From positions 64,668,001 to 64,732,000 of the forward strand of contig NC_086097.1 in assembly GCF_963921235.1 (NCBI RefSeq): DNA of 64,000 nt, read 5' to 3'. Of the stretch, positions 1 through 12,039 are shown one piece after another. Below the pieces are notes generated by a model. The model ran no database searches. It worked only from the letters and a program-made list of their open reading frames with translations, and was not told where the DNA came from. Each line of letters starts with the position of its first letter. Position 1 is the stretch's first letter. The DNA comes from Mobula hypostoma (Eukaryota). A program made the translations under genes and the position numbers.

Positions 1-854
1 AGAATATTCCAAGCATTTTGAAAAATAGAGCCATTAGCCATCTTCTGCTCAGGCTCCATCCTGGAGCAGATTATGAATAAGCTGGCACCTGAACTACCCT
101 CCCCGGCTGCAGACCCACTTATACCAAGTGACACACCTCAGATGCATCAAGCTCAAGATGCATTGGCTGTGACAATGAGCCATTGGATGTGACTTGTCAG
201 GTTAATTGAAGTTATAAATTAATAATTCCTGGTTATTAATTCCTGGTGCTGAGCAGGCAGAGCTGGGATGGTTAAGGGATAGAAGAAAACTGAAGGGAGA
301 AGGAGGGAGGGGATAGAAGAGGTCCATGTTTTACTCCTGATGTAAATTGGAAGAGACTCTATATAAAGAAAAAATGAAATGGGGTGTGAGAGAGAGAGAG
401 TGCATCAGTGGTTGTTACTGCCAGGGTATATTTTTAAACTCTGGTCTACGGAATCTGTAGATTCTTCTTGTGACTTCATGAAGTTCACTTTAGCCCCAGT
501 TCTCTCCCGTTCCAAAAGATAGACTGCTTGGTAGATTACGCAGCTCCTTTAACGTTCTCCCAATATAGGTGGGTGGCAGAAAACTCTGGGGAAGTAAGTG
601 GCGAAATGGCACCAATGAGTTTGTTCTGAAAGCTGGTGTAAACGTATTAGTCTCAATGGCCCCCTTCTGTGTTGTGAGAAAACGTAAGACTTCAGACATG
701 AGCATAGGATTACCTCTAATTAACTCTCTCAAGCCATTGGCAATGATGTGAGATCTACTTCATTACCAGGCAGCGCTCTCTCTCTTTGTGGCTACTGAAT
801 TGTTGCACACGGAGCATCAAGCTGCTGAAGGGACTCTTTGAGCTGAGCGGCATC

Positions 855-1024
855 TGTGGGAGAAAAGTCACTGCCGACATTTCAGGCTGAAACCTGAATC
901 GGGTCCCAAAAGCTGCAGGATTTTAACCCAAACTGTTGACAATTCCTTTCCTGCCATGGATGCTGCTCAACCTCCGGAAGATTGTCTCTCCAGATTGCAG
1001 CATCTGCAGTCGCTTGTGTCTCCT
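855..1024. mobile_element. Old degenerate Penelope-derived short palindromic element (eroded hammerhead-type termini)
   Basis: Contains 'gacatttcaggctgaaacc' followed by 'cccaaactgttgac...atggatgctgct...cagcatctgcagt', resembling the better copies at 34757-35041 and 43439-43817. Confidence 0.5.
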
Positions 1025-3744
1025 AACGTGCATGGAGATTGTCTCATGCCAGCAGAACCTGAACGTACAGATAGAAATACATGTTAGTGTGCTGCAATTT
1101 GCCTGGATGATGTGGCTGCCAGAGTTGAACAGCTGGGTGTGTATTTCAGCTGTGTGTCTTGAATAGCGGTTTGTGTATGAGGCATCTAAGCAATAGGTAG
1201 AAGGCATAATTGATGCAATTGTTCTTTAGATAGTATTTGGGGTGTATACTTGAAATTAATGTTTCTATTTAGATGTAGGTAGCTGGGAATTGTGAATGTC
1301 TTCAGTAACATTAATCATATGTCTCAAGTAATTAAGCTTTTCTATATACTGGATCCATGTCTTTTAACCAGCTGATCAGGCCTATTACTCAGGGTGACAG
1401 AAGGAAAGAGATCATGTGAACATGGTAGGGGCTGAAATTGAGAGGAAAGGTGGAGTCAGGGGAAAATTAAGGGAAGTGGTGTGCATTCATCATCGTCCTC
1501 ATCCTCCCTTTTCCATTTCATCCTCAACATGATGGTTAGTAGCCCTCTCTACTCCTCTCCATTTCTATAGCAACATCAGAAAGTCAGGGAGTCTGCTCTC
1601 AGTACTGCTCAGAGAGCTTCCAAAACCTGTGGATTGACTTTCAACACTATATCCAAACTTTAAAGAGGAGGAATAGCTTCAGTAAGAGGGAGGTAGCTTC
1701 ATCTAGTAGTAGGCACTCACAAATTTCTACCTCATGGATACTCACTAATGGGAAAAACAGCTTGGATGGAAATGGATGCATGCCACAATTGTGGTAATGA
1801 GTGGTAAGGGAAATTTTATGTGTAACCTGCACCAGGTCGATTTGTTTGGGTTAATCACACATTGTAATTTCCGAACAATGCACTAGCCACTTCCAGCACT
1901 TTTCAGCTCGAGCCAGTTTCTCCCCACTGAATGTTTTGTACCTCCTGCCCTCAATATAGAATTCTTAATCTGCACTCCAAATTCAAAAAACAATTATTTT
2001 GAACAATAATTTACAGCTGGTTAATTTTGCAACAACCTCTATATGGCAATAATATCTAGATGTGTGTGATAGGTTGCAACAAAATAATATACCTATAGCT
2101 TCAGCTGCCAATGTTAGAAATGCCAGTACCAATACAAACCCCATTCTATTAATAAACTTACATCGTATATTAACAATTGATGTGTTTGCAGTATTTTTAT
2201 ATTCAAGGAATATATTTGTAAATGATGATTAGTTGTAACCTTTGGAATGTTTAATGGAAGATTTGTAGACTACCTCCATGGAACAAGGCTGCAGACGTTT
2301 ATGTAATCCGAGTAGAGAGCAAATCAGAGAGCTTTTAATTAACAATAATTCTATTAAATGAATGATCAATTGATCATTCTGATGTATTTACTTGTGAGAA
2401 GGTAAATACAGATTGTAGCCACTAATGGAATGGTGGTCTCGACGTCGGATTCTTCTGCATTACTCTTGGATTCTCTCTTCATTTATACATAGAGTAAATG
2501 AATCAACGACAGGAAACAAAACATTCTTGGTCTTCTGGAAATTCAGGCATGAGTTTTGAAAAAACTTTAAATATTATATTTTAATTTAGCTACTTAATTT
2601 GATGATATAGTTTTCTTGCCTTTTTCCTCATCTAGGATCCTCCACTTTACCTGTTGGTTCACACTATGCACTCTATCCTCCTGCGTGTTTCTCAATGACT
2701 GCAATATTTTTCAGGGCCTGTTGCAGTGAAACATCCCCACAGCTGTTCATGACAGGAACATTTATACTTTGACCTCCTTATGCATAGGTACACTTGTGAC
2801 CATTTAGTGGTGGTTTACCATGTCTCTTGTATATAAACTCTGATCTTGTTGACAGTGGAGAAGCTTATTTCACACCAGGCAAATTGTCTAAGAGGACAAA
2901 ATGAATAAGATACTACCTGGATACAGGTTTAGGCAATTTGGATGGCTCTACATTAGGTGGGTTTACAATTTTTTTTACACAACAGACTGCATACAAATTA
3001 CATCACCAATATTTGTGATAATTTGTCCAACTTGGATATTAGATGTATCTTTTACATAAGCCTCACAATGTAGGAGTGTACTGTTCAGAAATCTGTCTTT
3101 ATAAAGAGGAAAGTGCTTATTGATTACAAGTAAGATGCAAGCAGAAATTTACGGGACATTTTGTCATAATGGGCAAAGACTTGCTCTACTCAAACATGAT
3201 AGCCTTTGACCTCATTTTGTGACTCATGACGAAGGTGATCAAATCAGATACAATCTTTGTTTAAGAGACATTTAGACTGGCACTTAAATAGCCAAGGCAG
3301 AAAAGGATACTGTCCTAGTCAAGTCTAATAGAATTAATATAGATGGGCCAATAGCTGGCATGGATGTGATGGGCCGAAGGGCATATTTTTGTACTGTATT
3401 ACTTCCATTTCAAGTTGTGAGTCATGCTTGGGTACTTAGCTTGAAATTAGTTTCGCTGGGACCACAAGCAGCTGTACTGAACCTACTTAGAATTTAAAAG
3501 GAATTGCAATCTAACAGCCAGAGATCTCTGTGCTGGGAGCTTAGATTGCTTTTACACTACTTGGTACACAGAGAGCTGCCAGAAAACTTAATCAGAAACA
3601 CTGCCTTTGTGTTTAGGGGCCAGAGTGTTGTTCTGGAAAATTTCATTGCACTTTAACCCTTGTAGAAAAAGGAAGCCTTATTTGAATTTCAGGATTGCTT
3701 ATTATCAAGGTTTTTATCTGGTTCTGTCAAACAGTCTGATATTC

Positions 3745-4031
3745 AGTACTGTGGCTACTTGACAGCCAGTGTGGTTCAGTAATAACATTTCCTCCTCAAT
3801 GACAATCAAAACAGGTGCACCTCAAGGATGCATAGTTAGCCCACCATTCTACTCCCTCTACACTCATGACTTTGTGTCTAAACACAGTTCAATCGCTGAT
3901 GTCACCACTGTTGTTGGTAGTCTCAGATGTTGACACTATGTGGTGACACTTGTGGACTACTCCCAGCACATCCTTGGGTTGTGTTGTTTGTAAATGCAGA
4001 TGATGCATTTCATTGTATGTTTTCATTTACA
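3745..4031 (+). mobile_element. Rex1/Babar-type LINE fragment (RT remnant and 3' region)
   Basis: 'acaggtgcacctcaaggatg...ttagccc...ctactccctctacactcatgac' encodes TGAPQG..LSP..YSLYTHD, the same motif as at about 51800. Confidence 0.7.
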
Positions 4032-5745
4032 CATAGAATATAGAACAGGAATAGGTCCTTTGTCCCATAATATTGTGCTGAACCAGTAAAAAGTAAATCA
4101 AATAAACCCCAAAATTTAATCCCACCTACCTACACAATGTCCATATCCCTCTATCTCCCTCATATTTATGTACCTATCTAAACATCTTTTAAAGGCCTCC
4201 AATGACCACCATACCAGTCAGTATATTCGAGGCATCCACGAATCTGAGTAAAAATTCTTGCCCCTCACATCAGCTTAAATCTACCCCCTCTCCCCTTCAA
4301 TGCATGCCCTCTGTATTAGACATTTCTACACTGGGAAAAAGATCCTCTTTGTCCATTCTGTCTATGCCTCTCATGATCTTATAAACCTCTATCAGATCTC
4401 CTTCAGCCTTTGCCGCTCCAAAGATAACAACCAAAGGTTGTCCTGATAGCACATGCCTTGTAAACCAGGAAGCATCCTGGTAAACCTCTTCTGCACCCTC
4501 TCCAAAGCCTCAACAACTTCCTATAGTAGGGTGACCAGAATTGTATGCAATACTCCAGATGTGGCCTAACCAGCGTTCTAAAGTTGCAACATAACCTCTT
4601 GATTTTTGAACTCAATATCTTGACTCATAAAAGCAAGCATTCCTTAAGCCTTCTTAATCACCCTATCAGCCTATAGGACCTATGAACTTGGACCCCATGA
4701 CCTCTCTGCTCAGCAATACTGTTAAATATCTTACTCTTAACAGTGTACTGCCTCCTTGCATTTAACCCACCAATGTGCAACATCTCATTTATCTAGGTTA
4801 AACTCCATCTGCCATTTCTCTGCCCGTATCTGCAACTGGTCTATATCATGCTGTATTCTTTACCATCTATACCATCCATAACTCCATCAATTTTGGTATT
4901 CTCTGCAAACTTACTAACCCACCCATCTACATTTTCATCCAGGTCATTTACATATGTCACAAACAGCAGAGATCCCAGCACAGGTTCCTGCAAAACACCA
5001 CTAATAACAGACCTCCAGCTCAATTGTCCCTTTGACCACCACCCTCTGTCTTCCATACACACGCAACCCTGAATCCAAATACCCAATTCGCATCAAACCC
5101 CATACATTCTAATTTTTTGAATTAGTGTCTCATGATGGACATGGTCAAATACCTTACTAAAGTCCATGAAGGGAACATTCACTGCCCTACCTTCATCAAT
5201 CTCTCTTGTCATCTTGTCAGAAAAATCCATCAAGTCGGTAAGAAACTGCACAAAGCCATCCTGGCTCTCCCTAATTAGGCCAAAGGTTTCCAAATCCTCA
5301 TATATCTTATCGTTAAGAATTTTTTCCAGCAATTTCTCTACAACTGACCTGAAACACACCAGTCTATAGTTTCCAGGGTTTCCCTTATTTCCTTCTTGTA
5401 TAGGGGTACAACATTAGTCACTCACCTGTCCTCTGGGACCTCGCTTTTGCCTAAGAAGGACGCAAAGATACTGGTCAAGGCCCCAGAAATCTCGTCTCTT
5501 GCCCTCCTCAACAACCGGGGTAAATCCCATTAGACCCTGGGGACTTATCCACCATCATACATTGCCTCCTCTTTGACCTCTAAACCCGCAAGGACCATAT
5601 CTATCCTTATCTATAGCTATCCTGAAAGTTGAGGAGTTGTGATCACTGTCCCTAACTGCTCACCTACTGAAAGGTCAGTCACCTGACCAGGCTCATTACC
5701 CAACACCAGATACAGCACAGCCCCTCCTCTCATTGGACCATCTAC
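4032..5745 (-). mobile_element. CR1-clade LINE, decayed and 5'-truncated
   Basis: Minus-strand ORF pieces LVRPHLEYCIQFWSP, VISGVLQEPVLG..YVNDLDE..VSKFAENTK and FMDFSKVFDHV; ctat-type repeat tail near 4032. Confidence 0.9.
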
Positions 5746-5779
5746 TTAAAATGATAATAAATAAAGAAATCTGAATCGA

Positions 5780-6165
5780 TCACAAAGAAGGCACACCAGC
5801 AGCTCTGCTTCATTAGGAGTTTCAGGAGGTTTGGTATGTCATTGAGACTCAGATTTAGATTGATGTATGGTGGAAGGCAATCTGCCCGGTTGCTTCACTG
5901 CCTGATTTGGAGCTCCAATGCACAGGATCACAGGAAGCTGCATTGAGATATAGACTCAGCCAGTTCCATCACGGGCACAACCCTCCCCACCATCAAGCAC
6001 TTCTTTCAATGGTGGAGTCTCAGGAAGCAAGCATTCATCATTAAGGATGGTCCATGAACACTGTCTCAACATTCCTTTCCTTTGCACAATTTATCTATTT
6101 TTCTAATTTATAGATCTTTATGTCTTTGCACTGAATTGTTGCCAATCTGACTCTGATTCTGATTT
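5780..6165 (+). mobile_element. Rex1/Babar-type LINE 3' fragment
   Basis: 'ccatcacgggcacaaccctccccaccatc...catcattaagga' matches the ORF end of this family; tail 'tctgactctgattctga'. Confidence 0.7.
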
Positions 6166-6459
6166 ATGGATGGTCTTGGCCCTTGTTTCTCCCATATGCC
6201 AAAGATGTATGGGCTAGGCTTACAGTTATTAATTGTTATTTGACTGGATGCACGGTGACACTTGCAGTCTGCCACCCATACATCCTTAGACTGTGTTGGT
6301 TGTTGATGCAAATAATCCATTTCAGTATATGTGTGACAAATAAAGCTAATCCTAATCTTTAACTTTAATTACTGTCCTCTCTGCTACCAATTTTCATTGC
6401 TGGTTGATCCATCTCAGAACAAGAACTTCCATCCATCCTAACCAGTTCTGCTCAGAAAT

Positions 6460-6717
6460 AGCGGAAGGCAGCTTCAAGCATGGACTCTTCTATGTAGCCA
6501 GTGAAGAGGCAGGCATAGCTGGGGCCCAAGTGGGTGCCCATGACTACCTCTGGAGTTTGGAAAAAGTGGGTAGGGGGAGCCGAAGGAAAAACTGTTCAGG
6601 GTGAGGATCGGTTTCTCCAGACAGAGGAGAGTGGTGGTGGAGGAGAATTAGTTGGTTCTTTTGTCAAGAAAGAAACAGAGAGCTTTGAGGCCTTCTTGAT
6701 GGAGGGATGGAGGTATA
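6460..6717 (-). pseudogene. Penelope-like element reverse transcriptase fragment
   Basis: With frameshifts, the minus strand reads YTSIP-HQEGLKALCFFLDKR...LTLNSFSFG..HFFQ..VVMGTHLGPSYACLFTGYIEESML, a PLE RT signature region. Confidence 0.85.
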
Positions 6718-6914
6718 CTGAAACTGCACAGAAATGGTTGGCTGTTAACATTCCTCGATGTGCTGTTGAGATAATTGGCTAATTCATCAGTCCATTACAA
6801 CTCAAATATACAGTAGGAACAGGCAGGATAATCACATATCTTGTGCCAAAAGGATTTCTTAATTCATTTTCCCAAGTTCAGTCATTATGGACATTATAGT
6901 TTCTCTCCCTTTTT

Positions 6915-7495
6915 GCCGAGCACCTACACTCAGTCAGCCAGAAAAAGCAGCACCTCACAGTGGCCACCCATTTTAATTCTACTTCCCACGCCCATTGTAC
7001 CATGTCAGTCCATGGTCACCTCTATTGCTGCAATGAGGCCACACTCAGGTTGGAGGAACAACACCTTGTGTTCTGTCTGTGTAACCTCTAACCTGATGAT
7101 ATGAACATCAACTTCTCAAACTTCAGCTAATGCCCCCCCTTCACCATTCCCCATTTCCATTTAACCTTCTCACCTTATCTCCTTCCCTGCCCATCACTTC
7201 TCCCTGGTGCTCATTCCCCTTCTCTTTCTTCAATGGTTTCTCACCAGCCCTTTATCTCTTCCACCAATCACCCCTCTTCCTCTCCTGGTTTCACCTATCA
7301 CCTACTATCTTGTATTTCTTCCTCCCCTCCCCTCCCCTCCCCTCCCCCCAAACCTCTCACTCTGACCTCATCTTTTTTTCTCCAGTCCTAATGAAGGGTC
7401 TCGGCCCAGACTGTTTACTCTTTTCCATAGTTGCAGCCGGCCTGCTGAGCTCATCCAGTATTTTGTGTGGACTTCCAACATCTGCAGATTTTCTC
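6915..7495 (+). mobile_element. Penelope-like element 3' end (GIY-YIG C-terminus, pyrimidine-rich UTR, degenerate hammerhead terminus)
   Basis: Encodes VATHFNSTSH..MSVHG..EATLRLEEQHLVF...MNINFSNF*; eroded HHR 'cagtcctaatgaagggtctcggccc' at about 7383-7407; homologous to 45147-45637. Confidence 0.85.
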
Positions 7496-7828
7496 TTTCT
7501 CTTTTACCCACTTTTTTTTAATGAAATTGACGATGGGTCCTGGTATGAAAGATTTCCTGATCAGATTGTCTTTTGAGGATGATGCCAGAACCTGCTGTGA
7601 GTTCGTGATCCTAGTTTGTCTGCTGAACTGTTCTGGCCCCAAATTTGGTCAAAAAACAGAGCAACAAAAATCACTTGCTGATGCATTGGAGTTTTTTTGG
7701 ACAAAATTTCGTAAGGAGCCTCATAGAGGGATATTGAATCAGGTGATAGAAAATAGATTTGGAGCTATGTTTTGAAAGAAAAGGTAGCAAAATTTTAAAG
7801 GAAGATATTATGGTGGAGGAAAGAAAAC

Positions 7829-8440
7829 GTACAAGAACACGAGCAAATCAGAGCAGGAATAGGTCACTGCTCCAGGCCTAGTCCAACATGCGAGTCGACA
7901 CTGCTATTCAGTAGGATCATATCAGACCTACCTCAGGACTCAACTGTGTCAGTTTCAATTCCTTAATCTTTCAAATATTTATGAATCTTGCTTTAAGTAT
8001 ATTTTAATGATCTGGTCAGTACCACCCTTCATATGGAGAAAATTCCAGAAATTAACCACATTCTGAGACAAGAAATTTCTACACAGCTCAGTTTGAAATG
8101 ACTGCTCACTCATGTTGTCACTAAGTCCCTTTGTCCATGAGTCTTCCACTAGTGAGAACATCACATCTCCCCTCTCAAGCTTCCTTGGGATTTTGTATGC
8201 TTGAATAAGGTTACCCATACTTCTGTACTCCACAGAGTAAAGAACAATACTGGTTAGCCTCTCCTGTTAGGACAACTATTTTATCCTAGCCTGGTGAACC
8301 ACCTTTAAAATGCCTCCAATATTACTATGTTCTTTTATTTAGTTTAGAGACCAAAGCAGTGCATAATATTCCAGGTATGGTCTCACCAACACATCCTGAC
8401 AGCTATAACTAAACCTCCCTCTTCTTAAACTCTAACCTTT
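7829..8440 (-). mobile_element. CR1 LINE 3' fragment
   Basis: ORF 7979-8233 reads GNLIQAYKI...FQTELCRNFLSQNVVNFWN, the CR1 ORF2 C-terminus. Confidence 0.8.
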
Positions 8441-8657
8441 TCAAGATTCAAGATTGTTTATTGTCATTTGTCAGTGCACAAGTGTAAAGGAAACAAAATA
8501 ATTTTTACTCCAGATTCAATGAAGTATTTAAAAAAAACAGTAAGCATAAAGAACACAGTAAAAAAACACAATATAGATAATAAGATTAGCCTATTGTGTA
8601 CATAAAGTGACTTTGAATGGAAATGATGATGTAGTGTTGTAGAGGAGTAGTTAAATA

Positions 8658-9252
8658 AGGTCCACAATCCCTTATCCGAAATCCTTGGTTCCATTTCGGA
8701 ACTCAGAATTTTTCGGATTTCAGACCCCCCCACACCCCCCCTCCCCCCGATACCAAAAAATACATATGCTCAAGTCCCTTATTTAACCTGGCTCAGTGCG
8801 GCGGACTTTAGGACCCAGCGGCACACCAAACCTATGCACATCCTCCTGTATACTTTAAATAATCTCTATATTACTTATAATACCTAATACAATGTAAATG
8901 CTATGTAAATAATTGTTACTATTTACGATCAAGCTTCTGCAATAACTCCGTTTTCTGTGTTATTGATAGAGAAGATTCCTTCTCTTTTTCCCATTGTTAC
9001 CCATAGGGGTATCTGCAGCTCTTTTTGACATTTTCACAGTGAAATTAAACACAAAGTCAACAGTGAACACAAAATATCGGTGAACAGCAAATGCACGTGT
9101 AACCAGTACAAGCGCTGAGCCACAACTGACGTCTGGCGGCCTCTGCTAGTGCTGCCACGTCACACCTGAGTGATGTCAGCTGTTGGCGAAAAAAACTTTG
9201 GTTTTCGGAGCTTGTTCAATTTCAGAATTTCGGATAAAGGAATGTGCACCTG
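8658..9252 (-). mobile_element. Tigger/pogo-family non-autonomous DNA transposon (Tigger4/Zombi-like) carrying a MER2-like internal segment
   Basis: TIRs 'aggtccacaatcccttatccgaaat' and 'atttcggataaaggaatgtgcacctg', flanked by TA (8656-8657, 9253-9254). The minus strand from ATG 9031 reads MSKRAADTPMGNNGKKEKESSLSITQKTELLQKLDR, a pogo/Jerky-like N-terminus. Confidence 0.8.
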
Positions 9253-11559
9253 TAGTACTGGTAATAGGGTGACAATAAAGGCCATTAGGCCATTTGTCTT
9301 TTCAACTACTTATTGGACTAGAACACCTCAATCCCTCTGAACTTTATTCATTTGCAGTCTCTCTCTATTTAAACAATAAAACTCCTTTTGATTCCTTTTA
9401 CCAAAATCCATGACATCCCACCTTCCCTACATTAGGCTCCATCTGCCATGATTTTGCTCAGTCATTGCCTATACATATCCTGTAGCAGAACCATAATGTC
9501 CTCATCAGTAATGAAACGGGGACAGTTAGATCAAGGAACAGCTGTTTTCCTTTGGATCTGAATTTCTCTGGCATTGGGAACTGTTCAGCTACTTTCCACT
9601 CGTGTCTAAACCTCACAAGCTCAAGAAGGATGCTTAAGCTCTCCACCCCCAAAGTCCTTGCCAATGCGATGTAACCAGGAAATGCCAAGCTCTGTTTATA
9701 ATCATTGTCTGGCCTTCAGGCCTTTATTTTAAAAAAAAACATTCTTTCTACATTGCCCTATTTTGACTATCCAAATTATGTTCCCTTTTTCACAATATTA
9801 TGGAAGAGATCTCCCGGAGTTCCACCTCCTCTCTTCCTTTGCAAATGATATGTTGGTTTGGAAGTGGTGGTGGGGAGGTTGATCTTTCTGACTGGATCAT
9901 CATTGAGGGTGTTGGTCTCAGTTGTTCTGTTGGGGTAATGTCTCAAGCCCAGACCCTTTAAGAAAGAAGAGATCTGTACTTGGCCCTCAGCATTTGCATG
10001 GGCTGGCAGGGGCAGCTTTCTTGGTTAAAGTTGAATCCCAGGTATTTTTTAAGCATTTGGTGTCTGGCTGTGATTTTGATTGGGCATGATTTAAAGTTGT
10101 TTTCTAGGATCATCTGTTTCCCGTTACAGTGAGCTGACGCAACATCTAAGTGCAAATCCGGTTAGAGTCTGCTTTGAAGTACCCATAGAGATTACGATGA
10201 GACGATCCCAGTGAAGTTTTGCAATGCAATATACCCAGAACGGTTAAGGAAGGATTGAAGCAATTAACTCTTTTAGGAGAGAAGAGGCAGTTCAAGCTTC
10301 TGTTTATCTGTTCCACCTTTAGGCTCTCAACTCACGCCTTCTGTCTCATTTTCTAATTTCTTTAAACAAACCCAGAAATGTTGGAAACATTTCATCTGCC
10401 TGAAACAGTAATCGTATTATTTCTTCCCCACAGTCTTTCAGCATCTGCTGATTTAATTTTGGATTCCCTGTATCTGTAAAATTTCTTTTCTAGTCAAATA
10501 ATTATTAAGGTCCATTTTAAAGAGGGACATACTTTCTTCTTCAGCTGTGAGTTCTCCTATCTCCTAACCTCTCCCTTTGTACTTTTCCTGCTAATCTTCA
10601 ATTGATACTCATTAGTTATTGACTCACTGAACAATGGTAGGAGGTATCCTACTATTCTTCTTGTGTCTCATTATTCTGAATACTCATAGCCTTTTCAGTT
10701 CCAGTGTCAATAGCTCCAATTTCTCCAGTTCCTTCTTACAACTAAAGCTTTTCATTTCTGGTATCATCTTTGTATCCCCTCAGTGGCCTTGACATTCTTC
10801 TGAGTATCCAACTGGTTACTTCAAAAGATTCTATTTAGCATGATTTGCCTTTCACAGATCCATGCTGCTTGCCTTGATTTCTAAATGCCCACCAATTGTA
10901 TCTTGAATTATGGAATTTACGTAAAGTTATGGGAGCCAATTGTAACTGTTCCTTCCAAGGGAGAGCTGCATTGATAAGAAAATCAGGCGAGGTGTATAAT
11001 GTTTCAAGTTGAATACAGATTGAAGCAAAATCAACCTGAAGTGTAAATATAACTGCAGAGGAAAGAGGCAAAGTGTTTATTGATTTTCTACTAAGAATAC
11101 AAGAAAACCGCACTTGTTTGTTTTCCAGGGTTTAGGGAAAAGACCCTACCTTTACAAATCTCTTTTCCCAACACTTTGACAATGCAAATATGCAGATTTA
11201 TTGCTCTGCAACTACTCAGTGCTCTCTCCTCGTACTTGGGCAGCCCCTTGAGGAACACTTGCACCCACTCTAGTTCCATGGGTTCACAGGTGGCTGTTGA
11301 GTCCTCTGGGGAATTTTCAGACTCTGCTGTAGGTGGGGGTAGATGATGTATGATGAGATCTATATTTTGTCAGTGGCCTCTGCATTTTCCTACTGTGGAG
11401 TCTTGAGGATTTTAGTGCCTTCCTACATGATTCTCCTCCACTTTAATTGGACCTGAGACAGTGAGAAGGTAATACTTTTTCAAGGAGACTGTGAAGGTCC
11501 TGAAAGTGTAACATCTGATAGGCTGGGTAAGCTGGTAGTGTTTTTTTTTGAGTGGAGGA

Positions 11560-11960
11560 GACTGAGACAATTAAAATGCATAAAATTATGAAAGGACTAG
11601 ATAGACTAAGCAGGAAAGACCTTTTAAAAGTTGACCCATAACATATATTGAAAGAAGAATTGCCACTTCCTTTCCAGTCCAGTTGATTGGTCTCACCCCA
11701 AAACATTAACTGTTTATTTCCCTCCATGGATTCTGCCTGACCTGCTGATTCCTCCAGCACTTTGTGTGTGTTGCATAGAATCAAACACTTAGCTTTGTTA
11801 ACAGATTACCTACTGAGGGCATAGATATAAAAAGGTGGTAGAAAAGTTAGAGCGGACATGAGGGATTTTTTACTCAATGATTAGGAGCACTTGATATTCA
11901 CTGCTTGAAAGACTGGTGCAGGAAGATCCTTCTTTACATAGGAGCTCCCGGATACGTACT
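11560..11960 (+). mobile_element. Very old CR1 3' fragment interrupted by a short Penelope-derived terminus (about 11668-11775)
   Basis: CR1-like 'taaaattatgaaaggactagatagac' and 'gacatgagggattttttactcaatga'; PLE terminus 'ttccagtcc...ctgcctgacctgctgattcctccagcactttgtgtgtgttgc'. Confidence 0.55.
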
Positions 11961-12039
11961 CGAAGGGCCGTGACATTCACACCATCACATTTACAAATTG
12001 GAACCTGCATCTTTCTCCTCTGCATTTCCTGTCTCGGTG

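Noticed and set aside
2636..2790. Possible host exon after an acceptor-like 'tttttcctcatctag'
   Set aside because: The frames examined stop early and give no recognisable protein; same for the acceptor-like site at about 61881.
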